A DNA stretch of 64,000 nucleotides from Eledone cirrhosa (GCA_964016885.1 OZ024744.1:86676001-86740000), one strand, 5' to 3'; shown: positions 41,851 to 56,431, counted from the stretch's first letter. Numbers and translations are program-made. The notes: a model not told the origin generated them from the letters alone.

Positions 41851-42042
41851 GTGAATGTGTAAGTTAGAGAGCACGTGGAAAGTGTATATCTGTGTGTGTG
41901 AATGTGTAAGTTAGAGAGCGTGTGGAAAGTGTATATCTGTGTGTGTGTGTGTGTGTGTGTGTATGTGAATTTGTAAGTTAGAGAGCGTGTGGAAAGTGTA
42001 TGTCTGTGTGTGTTAACGTGTAAGTTAGAGAGCGTGTGGAAA

Positions 42043-42095
<53 letters not shown>

Positions 42096-42180
42096 TGTGT
42101 GTGTTTGTGTGTGTGTGTGTGTTTGTGTGTGTATGTCTGTCTGTGTGTGTTAATGTGTAAGTTAGAGAACGTGTGCTAAG
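41851..42180. repeat. minisatellite 'tgtaagttagagagcgtgtggaaagtgtat' plus (GT)n, about 5 units
   Basis: Direct inspection. Confidence 0.85.
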
Positions 42181-42701
42181 ACTTGTTATGTGAGTAACAG
42201 CAAAAAAGTAAAAAAGTATAAAAAGGGAGTCGAACTCCAGTCAGAATTAGAAGGAGCAAAGTGGGCGGAGACAGTGCCCCCAAACAGTGCGTGTTGTATG
42301 GTTTGTGTGACAATGGCCTTTTAAGATGGTTAGCTTTTAATTACTGCCTTACCCATTCACCGAACTAACAACGCGCCGCATGGCGGTTTCGACGGTGGAT
42401 GAAAACACACACGCACACACATACACACGCACACACACACACACATACATACACACACAGAAAAGGAAATAAAACAAATTACATATACAGAAACAAAAAT
42501 ATACAAAATAAATAAATAAATGAATAAATAAAAACTTTTTGTAAGAAAACTACGAGTGAAACGATATGGAAACCGCGGCGCGGCAGTAATATATAGTTTT
42601 AAAAGACGTCTTCATTTTGGTGTAAACAGCCTTCAAACCAACGAGATCAGTACCTTATAGTTAAACGCACGCGTGCGCGCACACGCACAGATGTATGTGT
42701 G

Positions 42702-42816
<115 letters not shown>

Positions 42817-42980
42817 TATATATATAGAGAGAGATTTTGAGTTTATGTCGGTTGTACACCAACACCTCAGTATGCAAGCTGGAGCACTCGACGAAGTGCG
42901 CAGGTTGGTTTGGTTACTCCGGAGTAGTGTAAAATAAAGTTAAATAAAAGTCAAATGATTAAAATTTAGCTTCGTTTATT

Positions 42981-43035
42981 ACTGCTATATATATTTCAGT
43001 GACAGCCATCTTTGGCTGTGACCTCTTCAGGCAGT
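42981..43035 (-). ncRNA. hammerhead ribozyme, complete
   Basis: Reverse complement of 44375-44429. Confidence 0.85.
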
Positions 43036-44374
43036 TTGAATTAGTATGGTATAGACAAGTACATGTGTTGTTTAGGTGTATAATATTGACAATATCTGAT
43101 ATACCCAGTTCCTTGTTGGGTTGTTATTTCACTGAGGAACTGGAGTCATATAAATTCAAACAAACGAATTTCAGTGTCAAAGATCCTCTTCTCCTTTCAT
43201 TGGTCAGTTATTAGAACATTCCTCATTCTAAGTGTTGTTATTGTTGGAGTTAGCTTAAAAATTGATAAAATGGTAGAAGGGACAAGGTGTTAAAGGAACA
43301 AAATAACAAAAAAAGTGTCAAACTTCCCATTGGTCAGTTCTGAGAGCATTCCTCAGTCAGAAGTCTATAGAATTCTTTCTGGGGTGAGGCTCCCTGTAGT
43401 GTTTTTGCCTGCTATTGTTCAGTACATTTGACCACTACCATTATTTTGGTAGTGTTGTTGGTGTTGTGGTCAGCTTAAATCTTGATTTCTCTTTATTAAT
43501 TTGTTATTTGTTTTCTGCCCTCTTCACTGTATCACCTTATATTTATTTTTAAGTTGAGATTGATTATAACACAAACACATTTAGTTTGATTATCTCATCT
43601 TAACATCTTGTCCCATACCAATCTATCCAACATATTCTGACCTTGAGGTTGGTTATAGCACACACACACTTTATCCTACATTATTTCTCACTTCTCCATA
43701 TTGATTTTCATTACTTTTTCACCAATTTTTCATTTATTCTTTATTCTTTATTCTCTATTTATTTATTTTCAAATTATACAAATTATATTAATTATTTTAT
43801 TATATTATTTATTTATTTTCTGTTTTCTTCATTTATTGCCTTATATTTCTTCATATACACTATGATGGTGGCAGGAGGGATGAAGAAAAAGCACACACTG
43901 AATACTTCTAAATTGTTAGCAGCAGCAAGATTTAAGCTGACCACAACACCAACAACACTACCAAAATAATGGTAGTGGTCAAATGTACTGAACAATAGCA
44001 GGCAAAAACACTACAGGGAGCCTCACTCCAGAAAGAATTCTATAGACTTCTGACTGAGGAATGCTCTCAGAACTGACCAATGGGAAGTTTGACACATTTT
44101 TGTTATTTTGTTCCTTTAACACCTTGTCCCTTCTACCATTTTATCAATTTTTAAGCTAACTCCAACAATAACAACACTTAGAATGAGGAATGTTCTAATA
44201 ACTGACCAATGAGAGGAGAAGAGGACCTTTGACACTGAAATTCGTTTGTTTGAATTCATATGACTCCAGTTCCTCAGTGAAATAACAACCCAACAAGGAA
44301 CTGTGCATATCAGAGTATTGACAATATTATACACCTAAACAACACATGTACTTGTCTATAACATACTAATTCAA

Positions 44375-44429
44375 ACTGCCTGAAGAGGTCACAGCCAAAG
44401 ATGGCTGTCACTGAAATATATATAGCAGT
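44375..44429 (+). ncRNA. hammerhead ribozyme, complete
   Basis: ACTGC-CTGAAGA-g-GTCACAGCCA-aaga-TGGCTGTCAC-t-GAAA-TATATA-TA-GCAGT; AUA cleavage after 44424. Confidence 0.85.
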
Positions 44430-44473
44430 AATAAACGAAGCTAAATTTTAATCATTTGACTTTTATTTAACTT

Positions 44474-44568
<95 letters not shown>

Positions 44569-44703
44569 TGTAAGCTTAGTAAAATCGAAGCTTTAGCTGC
44601 GGCCATGCAAAATCGACCTATAAATTAGGAATTAGTTCACGATTTATTTCACGAGGCTCGATAAGGATAAATATATATCAGATATATAAGAACCCTAGAG
44701 CAA

Positions 44704-44733
44704 ATCCCGAGCAACGGCGGGACAATCTCCTAG
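44704..44733 (+). mobile_element. isolated Helitron-type 3' end
   Basis: 'cccgagcaacggcggg' hairpin plus 'ctag|t', resembling 11855-11880 and 13545-13575. Confidence 0.55.
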
Positions 44734-44916
44734 TAATATTATCAAATCAAATCAAATTGTTCAGAACTACAAGTGAAGTCATTCTTTTCCTTTTTTCAAA
44801 TATACCTAACTGTACCAAGGATCTCACACATTTTCCAGAAAACTTCTTTGTAGAACTATATTCATTGAGTAATCAATGAACCATATTAATCTTTGATTAT
44901 ATATATATATATATAT

Positions 44917-45135
44917 CAAGTAAGAATATTTTTGAAACAGCGAGTTAGTTTGAAATTATTAGAAATGTAAGTTATCGCCGTATTTTGAATAAAGAAATTA
45001 AAGAAATTATTTGGCCTAATAGTGGGGTTAAGAACCCTCGGAGAAATGGAAAAAAGATGAGTATTGACGTACATGGGAGTCGAACCCACATCGTTGGTTA
45101 TCCGGACCACTGTGCTACCATTTACACCAACATGA
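44917..45135 (-). mobile_element. second copy of the tRNA-headed element
   Basis: Reverse complement of 39365-39573; tRNA-like part at 45073-45131. Confidence 0.75.
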
Positions 45136-45236
45136 CGAGGACGTACTGGAAAAACAGCACAGTACCTTCGAAATATGTATAATAAAACATATATTTGGAT
45201 TATGTGAATGTCTTCATTTCTTAATATTCTGAATGA

Positions 45237-45313
<77 letters not shown>

Positions 45314-45345
45314 GTATATATACATATGCATATATATATATATGC

Positions 45346-45407
<62 letters not shown>

Positions 45408-45472
45408 GCATATATATATATGTATATATATATGTATATATACATATATATATGTATATATATGTATATATA

Positions 45473-45546
<74 letters not shown>

Positions 45547-45609
45547 ATTATTATTATTATTAGTATAGAGCCCACTTACAATTTTGGTCTTCGTAATTAT
45601 TATTACTAA

Positions 45610-45641
<32 letters not shown>

Positions 45642-45862
45642 TTACGTGTACGTGTATACGTGTATACGTTTATTTGAGTATTTTTATGTGAGTGTATATT
45701 TACATCTGTACTTTTAACCGTTTGTCAATCAATGATAAACATTGATTGCCAGATGAATTAACTATGGAGATATAAAAGATACAGAAGTGAAAATAAACCC
45801 AAACCAAAAGGTGAGTGTGTTCTGTTATTATTTCAGGCTATATTATAACAATATAACCCTCC

Positions 45863-45928
<66 letters not shown>

Positions 45929-45949
45929 GTATATATATATATATATTTA

Positions 45950-46113
45950 GGTTTTGAGGACGGCCGACCGGACTTGAAACTGGTAAATGTGTGGCCGTAT
46001 TCTTGTTTCTCTGCCTTTTCAGCCCCATGGATTATATTCCTTTGTTATATTTCGAATACCTGATGATGTCACCGGATTCATACTGAGCCCGGTCATTGAA
46101 ATGTTCATAGCAT
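45950..46113 (+). ncRNA. two tandem hammerhead-like motifs (45954-45990 degenerate; 46056-46113)
   Basis: tTGAGGA-CGG-ccga-CCG-gactt-GAAA-CTGG-TA, and CTGATGA-tgtc-ACCGG...CCGGT-catt-GAAA-TGTTCA-TA. Confidence 0.55.
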
Positions 46114-46175
46114 AATAAACCTTTAAGGAATTACACCATTCCAGCCTCCTGTTATTTTTATAATTATATATATAT

Positions 46176-46785
<610 letters not shown>

Positions 46786-48618
46786 GAAAGTTAGAGTTAA
46801 AACAAGTGTTAAAGCAAATGTGATTCTTCAACCCTCGTAATATTAGACACACGATTTACTGTGTTTCTTACTACATATATTATATATATATATATATATA
46901 ATTTATATATCTATATATATATATATAAAATTCTGAAGCTCGAAAGGGGATGAGGTAGAACATAATCGATGATTCCTACTTTATCTATCGCTCCCGACAT
47001 TATTAAAACGAAGGATAAATTTGCCTTTCATTCGTTCGGAATCAATAAATGTAGTACGAATCGACGGAATTGTTAGAGCATCGGTGGTGATACCTTGCCA
47101 TATCTATTCCAGCGTTCTGATTTCAGATACCTCCCCTATGCCTGATTCTGTTACGAAACGGGGACCTTCGGGTGGAGCAGGCCCTTGATCAAATGCATTC
47201 TTGCTATTACTAACGCATTTTCTTCTCAGACATATTATATATTGACGACCGTATCCATTATGGGCAACCATTTTAAAATGCTAGCAACTTTTTCCTTTTT
47301 TTTTAAAGAGGATATGATATACAAATAAATAGGTAGCCTATGAATTCATAGCATTGTATTTTCTAGAGGAATTTCGTAAATCTCAGGGTTGATATAAAGT
47401 TCGACCATAGACTACGTGTATGTGAGAGGTCAAACCAAGATTCCTTCAACATAAGAAACTCTTAATTATTACACATGAAAAGTGAACATTTCAGTTCCTT
47501 ATCCTTTCTAAATACAAAGAAAACAAAATCAAATTTGTCAATGTGGTTTTCTTTTATTGCGATCTGAAATGTGAGGCATTACGAAAATTGAAATCGATAA
47601 ATTCATCCTCTTACGGTTAAAAATATATTTAGTCCCGATCAGTTACTGACATTCTTCTGTATTTCAATAAGACAAACATTGTAATATGGTTGCCAAATCT
47701 ATGGAGGCAGTTTTGCTACTACACATCTAAGCACCCGCCTCCGCACACGTATTCCAACACCCTTGTTAGAATCCAAAAGAATACAATGCGGTTGATTAAT
47801 AAAGTTTCAATCACCAACGGACTTCAACCACCAGCTTACATATGCACTGCAAGGTTACATAACTCCTACATGCATTACTTCTCCTCTGGGAGTAGAAACC
47901 ATTATAAGATTTTCTTTTCTTAAGGGTTGATTCTCTGCTGTCTCTATGAATCTGAACATTTTTATTATTCAATATACAAAATCTGATAATAACATGGAAG
48001 GCCATTGACATTATACAAATATAATTGAGCAGTATCTAATAAAAACAAAACACACTACTAAAGGGAAGAGAAAATGAATGAGAAAAAGGAAATGAAAAGG
48101 AGAAAAAGAAAGAAAGATCAAGCAGAGAAAGAAGGAGAGAGCAGGGGGAAGTCACTACACCCCAGCCTGATCAATGCCTATAATAGTTATAGAAATCTAG
48201 ACTCTACATACCCTGTACATGTTAGTCTACAAGACATACCAGGTTCTCATCAACTCGCCATCTCTTACAAGGCATCAACTTGAATGCCTTATGAAATATA
48301 AAGTATATGAATGAAAGTAAATCAGAGAAATACATTTTCAAGCTCTTCCTTGTTAAGGGTAATCTCTTATCTTGTATCAATAGCATCATAGAATTGATAA
48401 ATGTGCCCAAACACGGAAGAGCCAAACTTCCACTGTCATCGCCTCCACCTCTCTGTATTATAAGCAAATGGGGTCTCACGTGCTGGCTTCCGCACGGGCC
48501 AGGTGGAAGGGGAAGCCTGCAGAATCCACTCCCAGTTTTTGTACTAAATGTTTTGACATACGCAGCTACCTGCTGGAATGATATTTGTATGAATATTAAA
48601 CTACCTACCAATAATGAT

Positions 48619-48840
48619 TTCTTATATAGGCACAAGGCCAGTAATTTGGGAGAAGGGGAAAGTCGATTAAATCGACCCCAGTGTGTAACTGGTGCTTTAT
48701 TTTATCGACCCCGTAAGGATGAAAGGCAAAGTTAACCTCGACGGTATTTGAACTAAGATCATAAAGGGCTGTAACTCTATGCTGTAAAGCATGGCGCCCG
48801 ACCCTCTTCCGTTACAGCCAATCCACCGCGCTCACTACCA
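48619..48840 (-). mobile_element. tRNA-derived SINE (family S1) with probable TSD accaataatga
   Basis: Paralog of 36030; 'accaataatga' on both sides (~48608 and 48841). Confidence 0.75.
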
Positions 48841-49149
48841 ACCAATAATGAAACTGAATATTAACGGCATCTATCTCAACATTTCTAAAATGCTTGAAAA
48901 TGCTCTGTCCGTCATCGCCTCCAAGTGTTCAGACATAAAACCATTAACTATATGATAAGAGATTTCTCTATCAACCGTACCTGCACCAACATGTTTCCCT
49001 TCTTTCCTATACTAAGCTTCTTTTTTTTGTTACTATTGCAATTGTTGCAATTTGTTATCATTGCAATTGTTGTGGCTGTTAATGCTATTGTTATTGTCTT
49101 GTACTATTGTTGTTGCTAAAACTTTTGCTGTTGTTATTTCTCACTCTTT

Positions 49150-49330
49150 AGCCCTGGCAGTGGCGACTTCTGGTGTCCTCGACCCCAGGGCTACCTCCCT
49201 ACTCACCACCATAGGCGCTGAGCTGGCCAGCCGCAGGTGTGAACCCAGCGAGTTGGAGTGGCTTTTCCAGCGCGTGTCCCTTGCCTTCCTCAGCGGGAAC
49301 ACCTTCTTCTCCACCCTGTCCGTCGGGGCT
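49150..49330 (+). mobile_element. CRE-like RLE LINE 3' fragment
   Basis: LAVATSGVLDPRATSLL..IGAELASRRCEPSELEWLFQRVSLAFLSGN. Confidence 0.6.
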
Positions 49331-50253
49331 GTGGTGATGGTGGTGGTGGTGTGTTTTTTTTTTGGGGTGGGGTGGGGGGCGCTCGGGGGAGGGGGTGGGG
49401 GGCATCGCGGTAACATTCCATATTTAGGTATCCAGAATAATGTTTTTTTTTAGTTTCAGAGAGAGAGAGATGGAGATGAGAAGAGTGGAGACAGATATAT
49501 ATATATAGAGATATGAGGTGAAACATACAAACAGATATAAGAGATTGTAGCAGTTGCTGTTGGTGTTGGTAGTGTTAGCGATGTCGTTACTACATACAAC
49601 CTTAGTGAACAGAAGAACTATAATCAAAGCGATTCCATCGATATACATTACATATGAGTCTTTCCACGTTTTAAAATATATATGAGTGTTTGAGGGAGAC
49701 TTGGCTGTTTTGTGTTTACATCGGAAGTCTAACAACCATCAAAGGCCTATACTTTTGTATATTATCTTGGCGTTATATGCTCTTATAACTATTGTTTTTG
49801 TTGTTGGTGCGCTTATAATTTGTGTTGTTGTTATTGTTGTTGTTCTTCTTGTTCTTCTTTTTCTTCTTCTCTTTCTTCTTCTTCTTCGTCTTCTTCTTCT
49901 TCTTTGGCTTCTACTTCTTCTTCTTCTTCTCCTTCTTCTCCGCTCCTCCCCTCCCTCTTCTTCTTCTTCTTCTTCTTATTCTTCTTCTTCTTCTTCTCCG
50001 CCCCTCCCCTCCCTCTTCTAGCCACCATCGTCTAGTATCTTTGTGTCGGAGTGTGCCATATCTTACTTCCACTTCTTATCCCTCCTTTCAACTCCCCCTC
50101 GCCCCTCATTTAAATCAGACCCTCACATTCTTACTATGTTGTATTAGACACTCGCAACACTCGTGTTCTTGATCGCTTCCTCTGCCTATTTGTAAAATAA
50201 TTACAACAGCAACAACAACAAAGGCAGCAACAACTACTGCTGCTTCTACTAAA

Positions 50254-50330
<77 letters not shown>

Positions 50331-50461
50331 GTATCTTTCTCCCCCCCCCCCTCCCCCCTCACTATATATATACATACATATATGTATCTACCCCCTTTCT
50401 CTCTCTCTCAATATATATATATAGATATATATATATATAATATATAATATATATATATAAG

Positions 50462-50550
<89 letters not shown>

Positions 50551-50625
50551 ATATATACATATATATATATCTATATATATATGTGTATGTATATATATAT
50601 ATATATATATCTATATATATATGTG

Positions 50626-50668
<43 letters not shown>

Positions 50669-50929
50669 ATGTATATATATATATATATATTATTCATTCT
50701 TTCTACTTCAACAACTTGCACTGATGACAATGTCTTTCGATTTGAGGTTAAATGCAACGTAGTCAGGTCACGATCTCTTTTGGCTCGCAGCGACCACGGA
50801 ACGTTAATCTCACGAGAAAATTAGCCTCACTTAATCCGCAAAACGTCATCACCGCCTTTAATCAGCCAACAGGATTATATGAAGATAAATATGACGTTGA
50901 AAGTAGTAATGCTGATAATGTTGATTGTT

Positions 50930-51091
50930 GTGATGATGATGATGATGCTGATAATGCTGATAATGCTGATGATGTTGATGGCGGTGATGATGATGATGAT
51001 GATGATGATGGTGATGATGGTGATGAGGATGACGATGACGATGATGATGATGCTGATAATGCTGATGATGTTGATGGCGGTGATGGTGATG

Positions 51092-51126
<35 letters not shown>

Positions 51127-51990
51127 AATGGTGATGATGATGGTGGTGATGATAACGATGATGATGATGATGGTGATGATGGTGGTGGTGATGATGATGG
51201 TGATGATGACGCTGACGATGATGATGATGATAATGGTGATGATGATGGTGATGATAACGATGATGATGATGGTGATGATGGTGGTGGTGATGATGATGAC
51301 GACGCTGACGATGATGATGATGATGATGATGGTGATGACGATGGTGTAGGTGGTGGTGCTGGGAATGGTGGTGATAGTGGTGGTGGTGGTGGTGGTGGTG
51401 GTGATGGTGGTTGTGGTAGTGGTGGTGATGATGGTGGTGGTGGTAGCGACGGTGGTGATAGTGGTGGTGGTGCTGGTGTTGGTGGTGGTGTCGATGGTGG
51501 TGGTGTTGGTGGTGGTGGTGGTGAGCGTGATGGTGGTGATGGTGGTGATAGTGGTGCTGGCGCTGGTGTTGGTGGTGGTGGTGATGGTGATAGCGGTGGT
51601 GGTGATAGTGGCGGTGGTGGTGGTGTTGGTGGTGGTGGTGGTGATGGTGGTGGAGGTGATGGCGGTGATAGTGGTGGTGGTGGTGATGGTGATGGTGCTG
51701 GTGATGGTGATGATAAGTGGTGGTGGTGGTGATGATGGTGGTGATGGTGGTGGTGCTGGTGATGGTGATGATAAGTGGTGGTGGTGATGGTGGTGGTGAT
51801 GGTGGTGGTGCTGGTGATGGTGGTGATAGTGGTGGTGGTGATGGTGGTGGTGATGGTTCTTGTAGTGGTCGTGGGGGGGCTTTGGTCGTGTGTATATGGT
51901 GGTGGTAGTGGTTTTGGTTTTGTTAGTAGTATTGTTGCATGTTGGTAGTCGTGGATGATGATGGTGGCAGTGGTGATGATGGTGTTGGTG
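50930..51990. repeat. (GAT)n grading into (GGT)n low-complexity tract
   Basis: Direct inspection. Confidence 0.9.
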
Positions 51991-52137
51991 GTAGTGACGG
52001 TGGTAATAAAAATAAGAATAAATGTTAGATTAACATAAGTTAGAATGTAGATTACTAGGAACCATCGATTAATCGACTCCTGCAATTGACTGATAAATAT
52101 TGTTTTGGTTTCGAAAAGGTGATTTAAACATACACAT

Positions 52138-52173
<36 letters not shown>

Positions 52174-52282
52174 ACGCGAGCGCACGCGCATAAATTATAT
52201 ATATATATTGGGTCGTCAAGTATGAAATGTGTAGAAAAAACATATGACTATATGCCTCACTACAAATTTCAAACTTGACGAC

Positions 52283-52324
<42 letters not shown>

Positions 52325-52330
52325 AACACA

Positions 52331-52729
52331 CATGAATGTATGTATAGTATGTTTGGCAATATACTGTATGTTTAATTTTAAAATATTTAGAAAACCATTC
52401 GCTATGAGTTTTAAAGTAGTGACTATGTCACTTACTTATTCTCGGTAAAAACAAAAGAGAGTGATCGACAGACAGTCTGTTTCTCGCTTGTTAGCGTTTA
52501 TCAAGACCACACACTCAGTTGACTTTGCCGAGAATTATAGAGTCTGGATTCTTATAGAATTCTGTCGGCCGCTCTCTGTTGTTTTTGCCGAGATTAAGTA
52601 AGTGATATAGTCACTACTTTAAAACTTTTAGCGAATGGTCTTCTAAATGTTTTTAATTAAGCTTACAGTATTTTGCCAAATATACTATACATGCATTAAT
52701 GTATGCATCGCTATTTCAGACCACCAATA

Positions 52730-52732
<3 letters not shown>
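52331..52732. mobile_element. older fold-back element with ~140-bp arms and a decayed hammerhead at 52461-52510 (minus)
   Basis: Arms ~52331-52471 and 52562-52702. Minus strand: GTGGTC-tTGATaA-a-CGCT-aaca-AGCG-a-GAAA-CAGA-ctg-TCTG-TC-GATCAC. Confidence 0.7.
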
Positions 52733-52800
<68 letters not shown>

Positions 52801-52805
<5 letters not shown>

Positions 52806-52990
52806 TGAGATTCTACAGGACTACAACTGTTTCATTCTTTAGAAATCATCAGGAATCCTGATGATTTCTAAAGAATGAAACAGTTCTTGTCCTGTAGAAT
52901 CTCATCTATATTAAAACTTTTATACTCTGCAATGTATTGAGTACCTTACTTACTGTGGTTACCTCCGATTCAACCCGGAATAACGTACCT
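52801..52990. mobile_element. family F palindrome with back-to-back hammerhead cores plus tail
   Basis: Centre 52855; CTGATGA-tTTC-taaa-GAAt-GAAAC at 52858-52881 (+) and 52829-52852 (-). Confidence 0.8.
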
Positions 52991-52997
52991 ATATATA

Positions 52998-53188
<191 letters not shown>

Positions 53189-53809
53189 ATGTAGTTGTTT
53201 AGAGTGGAACTACAGTTAGAAAAAGGTACTCAATCTATTGGTTTGGTATAGACATCTTTATATTATATAGAAATGACGCCTACGGGCCTAGAACTGTTTC
53301 TTTCGTATGAAACATTTCTAGGCATTGTCAATGTTATGGAGCGATGGAAAACCTTCTTTCGGAAAGAATGTAACGAAGAGCTTCATTCAAGAAATATTAG
53401 CATATGACGTTTACTTAGCATATGTCTATCTATCAGCAATGGGAGAATACCGAAATCCTTTCACAGTGGCTATTGTCAGAAGATGAACTTTTTTATCAAC
53501 AGCAACTGCCATTTCCACAACAGATAGGAAGTGAAAGCGTTCCATTTTAAAACAGAGTACGCTCGTAAGCTCAATGGTAAGGAGAAGAAAGTATGCATTG
53601 GTTAGATCCACGGCGGTACGTTTTTAAAACGAAAACAATAACAAAAACAACACCACTAACAACAACAACAACAAAAAAAACACACACATACACACCAAAA
53701 ACAAGCAATACAAACCCCTCGTGTGGGATGCTACTCGCAACGACACTTTCTGCAGCCGCAACCTGGTGTAGTCTGCGATTAACGCCGGTTCTGCTGCACA
53801 ACAGGTTGG

Positions 53810-54020
53810 CGGTTGTACCCCTGGCGACTCCTAGTGGAGACTCCTAGTGTCCTCGGAATTAGGGCTACCTCCATAGGCGCCTCGGCCCTAGAGCTACCAC
53901 CATAGGTACTGAGCTGGCCAGACGCAGGTCTGAGCCCCGCGAGTTGGAGTGGCTTTTCCAGCGCGTCTCCCTTGCCGATCCTCCGAGGAAACGCCTCCTT
54001 CATTCTGACTGCCGGGGTTG
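53810..54020 (+). mobile_element. CRE-like RLE LINE 3' fragment
   Basis: 'gagttggagtggcttttccagcgcgtctcccttgcc' (ELEWLFQRVSLA); paralog of 49150. Confidence 0.6.
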
Positions 54021-54541
54021 TGTATGTGTGTATGTGTGTGCGTGTGTGTGTGTGTGTGTGGGGGGGTCATCGAGTATCATTCCATATTTAATTATGGTAG
54101 GTATGTGTATCTTTATGTTTTGGATGTTGACGAAGACTAAGCTGTTATAAAGGGCGTAATACATAAAAAAAAAAAAAAAAATAGACAGTGTACAAAGCAG
54201 CGACAAAGATGACCAAGACTACAATAACAACAATAACGGCGTTTAATACACGTACTAGGTTATTAATTTAAATGGAGAATCTGATTAAATGTATATATAT
54301 ATATGTAAGTATGAATACGTACATACATATATGTAGACAGATGTACAGTAGTATGTATATATACATACATGCACACACATATATATATATGTACGTATAG
54401 GTTTACCGAATATTTATTATAATGTTCGGTTTGTTTGTAAAGAAACAGCCCGAATTACGCCGTACAGTGCTCGTTTCATTCTTTTCCATTTATCGTTTTA
54501 TATATATATATATACATATATATATACATATATATACATAC

Positions 54542-54653
<112 letters not shown>

Positions 54654-54729
54654 ATATACATATATACAGTATATTGTTATAGATTGGGAAATACAAAAAG
54701 GAACTATATATGTATATATGTTTGTGTAT

Positions 54730-54760
<31 letters not shown>

Positions 54761-54929
54761 CACACATATACATAGTTCGTTTTTGTATTTCCCAATCTGT
54801 CTGTAACAATATATATATATATATATATATTTCTATATATATATATAGAAATGGCGACCATCAACCACATAGTCATAACGGAGGAAGAAGTATGTATACG
54901 TACATACATATATGTATACAGACGTACAG

Positions 54930-55380
54930 ATAAATGGAAAAGAATGAAACGAAATTTCATTTCTCACTCTTAGTACGGCTGATACTTCATCGACTCACTC
55001 ACTCGATATGCAAATTAGGCTGCTCAGCCGTTAATATGCATAAGGAAAGTATATACTTTCAGACGTTCAATCATCTGACAGGAAGCTATACGATGCTGAC
55101 GATAGCTAATAAGCTTTAAACTAGTACATCGTTCCTGTGTCAGTGTTGAACAAAAAGGCGACGATGGTTGCCGAACACTGTACGGCGTAATTCAGGCTGT
55201 TTGCTTACAAACAAACCGAGCATTATAATAAATGTTCTGTAAACCCATACGTACATATATATATGTGTGCATATATGTATGTATATACATACTACTGTAC
55301 GTCTGTATACATACTTACATTTAAGTAAGTGCCGTACTAAGAGTGAGAAATGAAATACCGTTTCATTCTTTTCCATTTAT
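54930..55380 (+). mobile_element. family C hammerhead element with an inverted terminal arm (related inverted piece at 54300-54495)
   Basis: 'ataaatggaaaagaatgaaacg' at 54930 is mirrored at 55380; homologous to 10210-10530. Confidence 0.75.
55090..55132 (+). ncRNA. minimal hammerhead ribozyme with a G12->T substitution
   Basis: ACGATG-CTGACGA-t-AGCT-aata-AGCT-t-tAAA-CTAG-TA-CATCGT. Confidence 0.75.
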
Positions 55381-55406
55381 ATATATATATATATATATAC
55401 ATACAT

Positions 55407-55498
<92 letters not shown>

Positions 55499-55523
55499 GG
55501 ATATATATATATATAAATATATG

Positions 55524-55577
<54 letters not shown>

Positions 55578-55651
55578 CATGCATGCACACACACACAGAG
55601 ACAGACAGTCACACAGACACACACAGACACACAGACACACACACACACACT

Positions 55652-55683
<32 letters not shown>

Positions 55684-56068
55684 CCCAGATCCACCCTGAT
55701 TGAGACGACATATGAATATAAAAACATTCCAGTCATAATTAACCCATATGTTCGTTTCAAACGTACTATTTAAAAAAAAAGATGACAGGATATGATTGAT
55801 ACAAATTTGGCTGCTATTTTTAGCAGATTGTGCACCCGGGAAATGTTCCCTCTTTGGCTATACTCCTTCCAAAACTGCAGTTGCTGCTGTCCTTCTAAAT
55901 GCTCCTGCTTCTACTACTGCTGTTGCAAATACGGTTCTTCCTGCTATTGACGAAGCAGATAATTGCTACAGTTGCAATTGGTGCAGTTATGAATATAATT
56001 AACGGGGGTTGCGACTGCTGTTGTTGTTGTTGTTGTTGTTGTTGTTTTTGTTTTTATAATTTTTGTTA

Positions 56069-56069
<1 letters not shown>

Positions 56070-56108
<39 letters not shown>

Positions 56109-56399
56109 GGATGATGATGGTGATGATGATGATTATTATTATGATGATGGTGATGGTAATGATGATGAGGGTTAAGATGGTGATGATAATTAAGATGATG
56201 ATGATAATGATGATGAATCATGATGATGATGATGATGATGATAATGATGATGATAATGATGATGATGATGAGGATGATGATGATGATGATGAGGATGATG
56301 ATTAAGATGATGATGATGATGATGAGGATGATAATGATGATGATGTTGAGGATGATGATTATGATAATGATGATGATGATGATGTTGATGATGATGGTG

Positions 56400-56431
<32 letters not shown>

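Larger units (their letters stand above)
42832..44477. mobile_element. large fold-back hammerhead element (family E): ~550-bp arms, ~440-bp spacer, ~100-bp tail
   Basis: Arms 42933-43484 and 43926-44477; (TA)n on both sides; shorter copy at 46176-46585. Confidence 0.85.

Noticed and set aside
50720-50760. CTGATGA at ~50721 as a hammerhead or snoRNA box
   Set aside because: No stem II, GAAA or terminal stem found.
53330-53600. Host exon
   Set aside because: All plus frames checked stop within ~50 codons, no domain is recognisable, and it adjoins a family F remnant.
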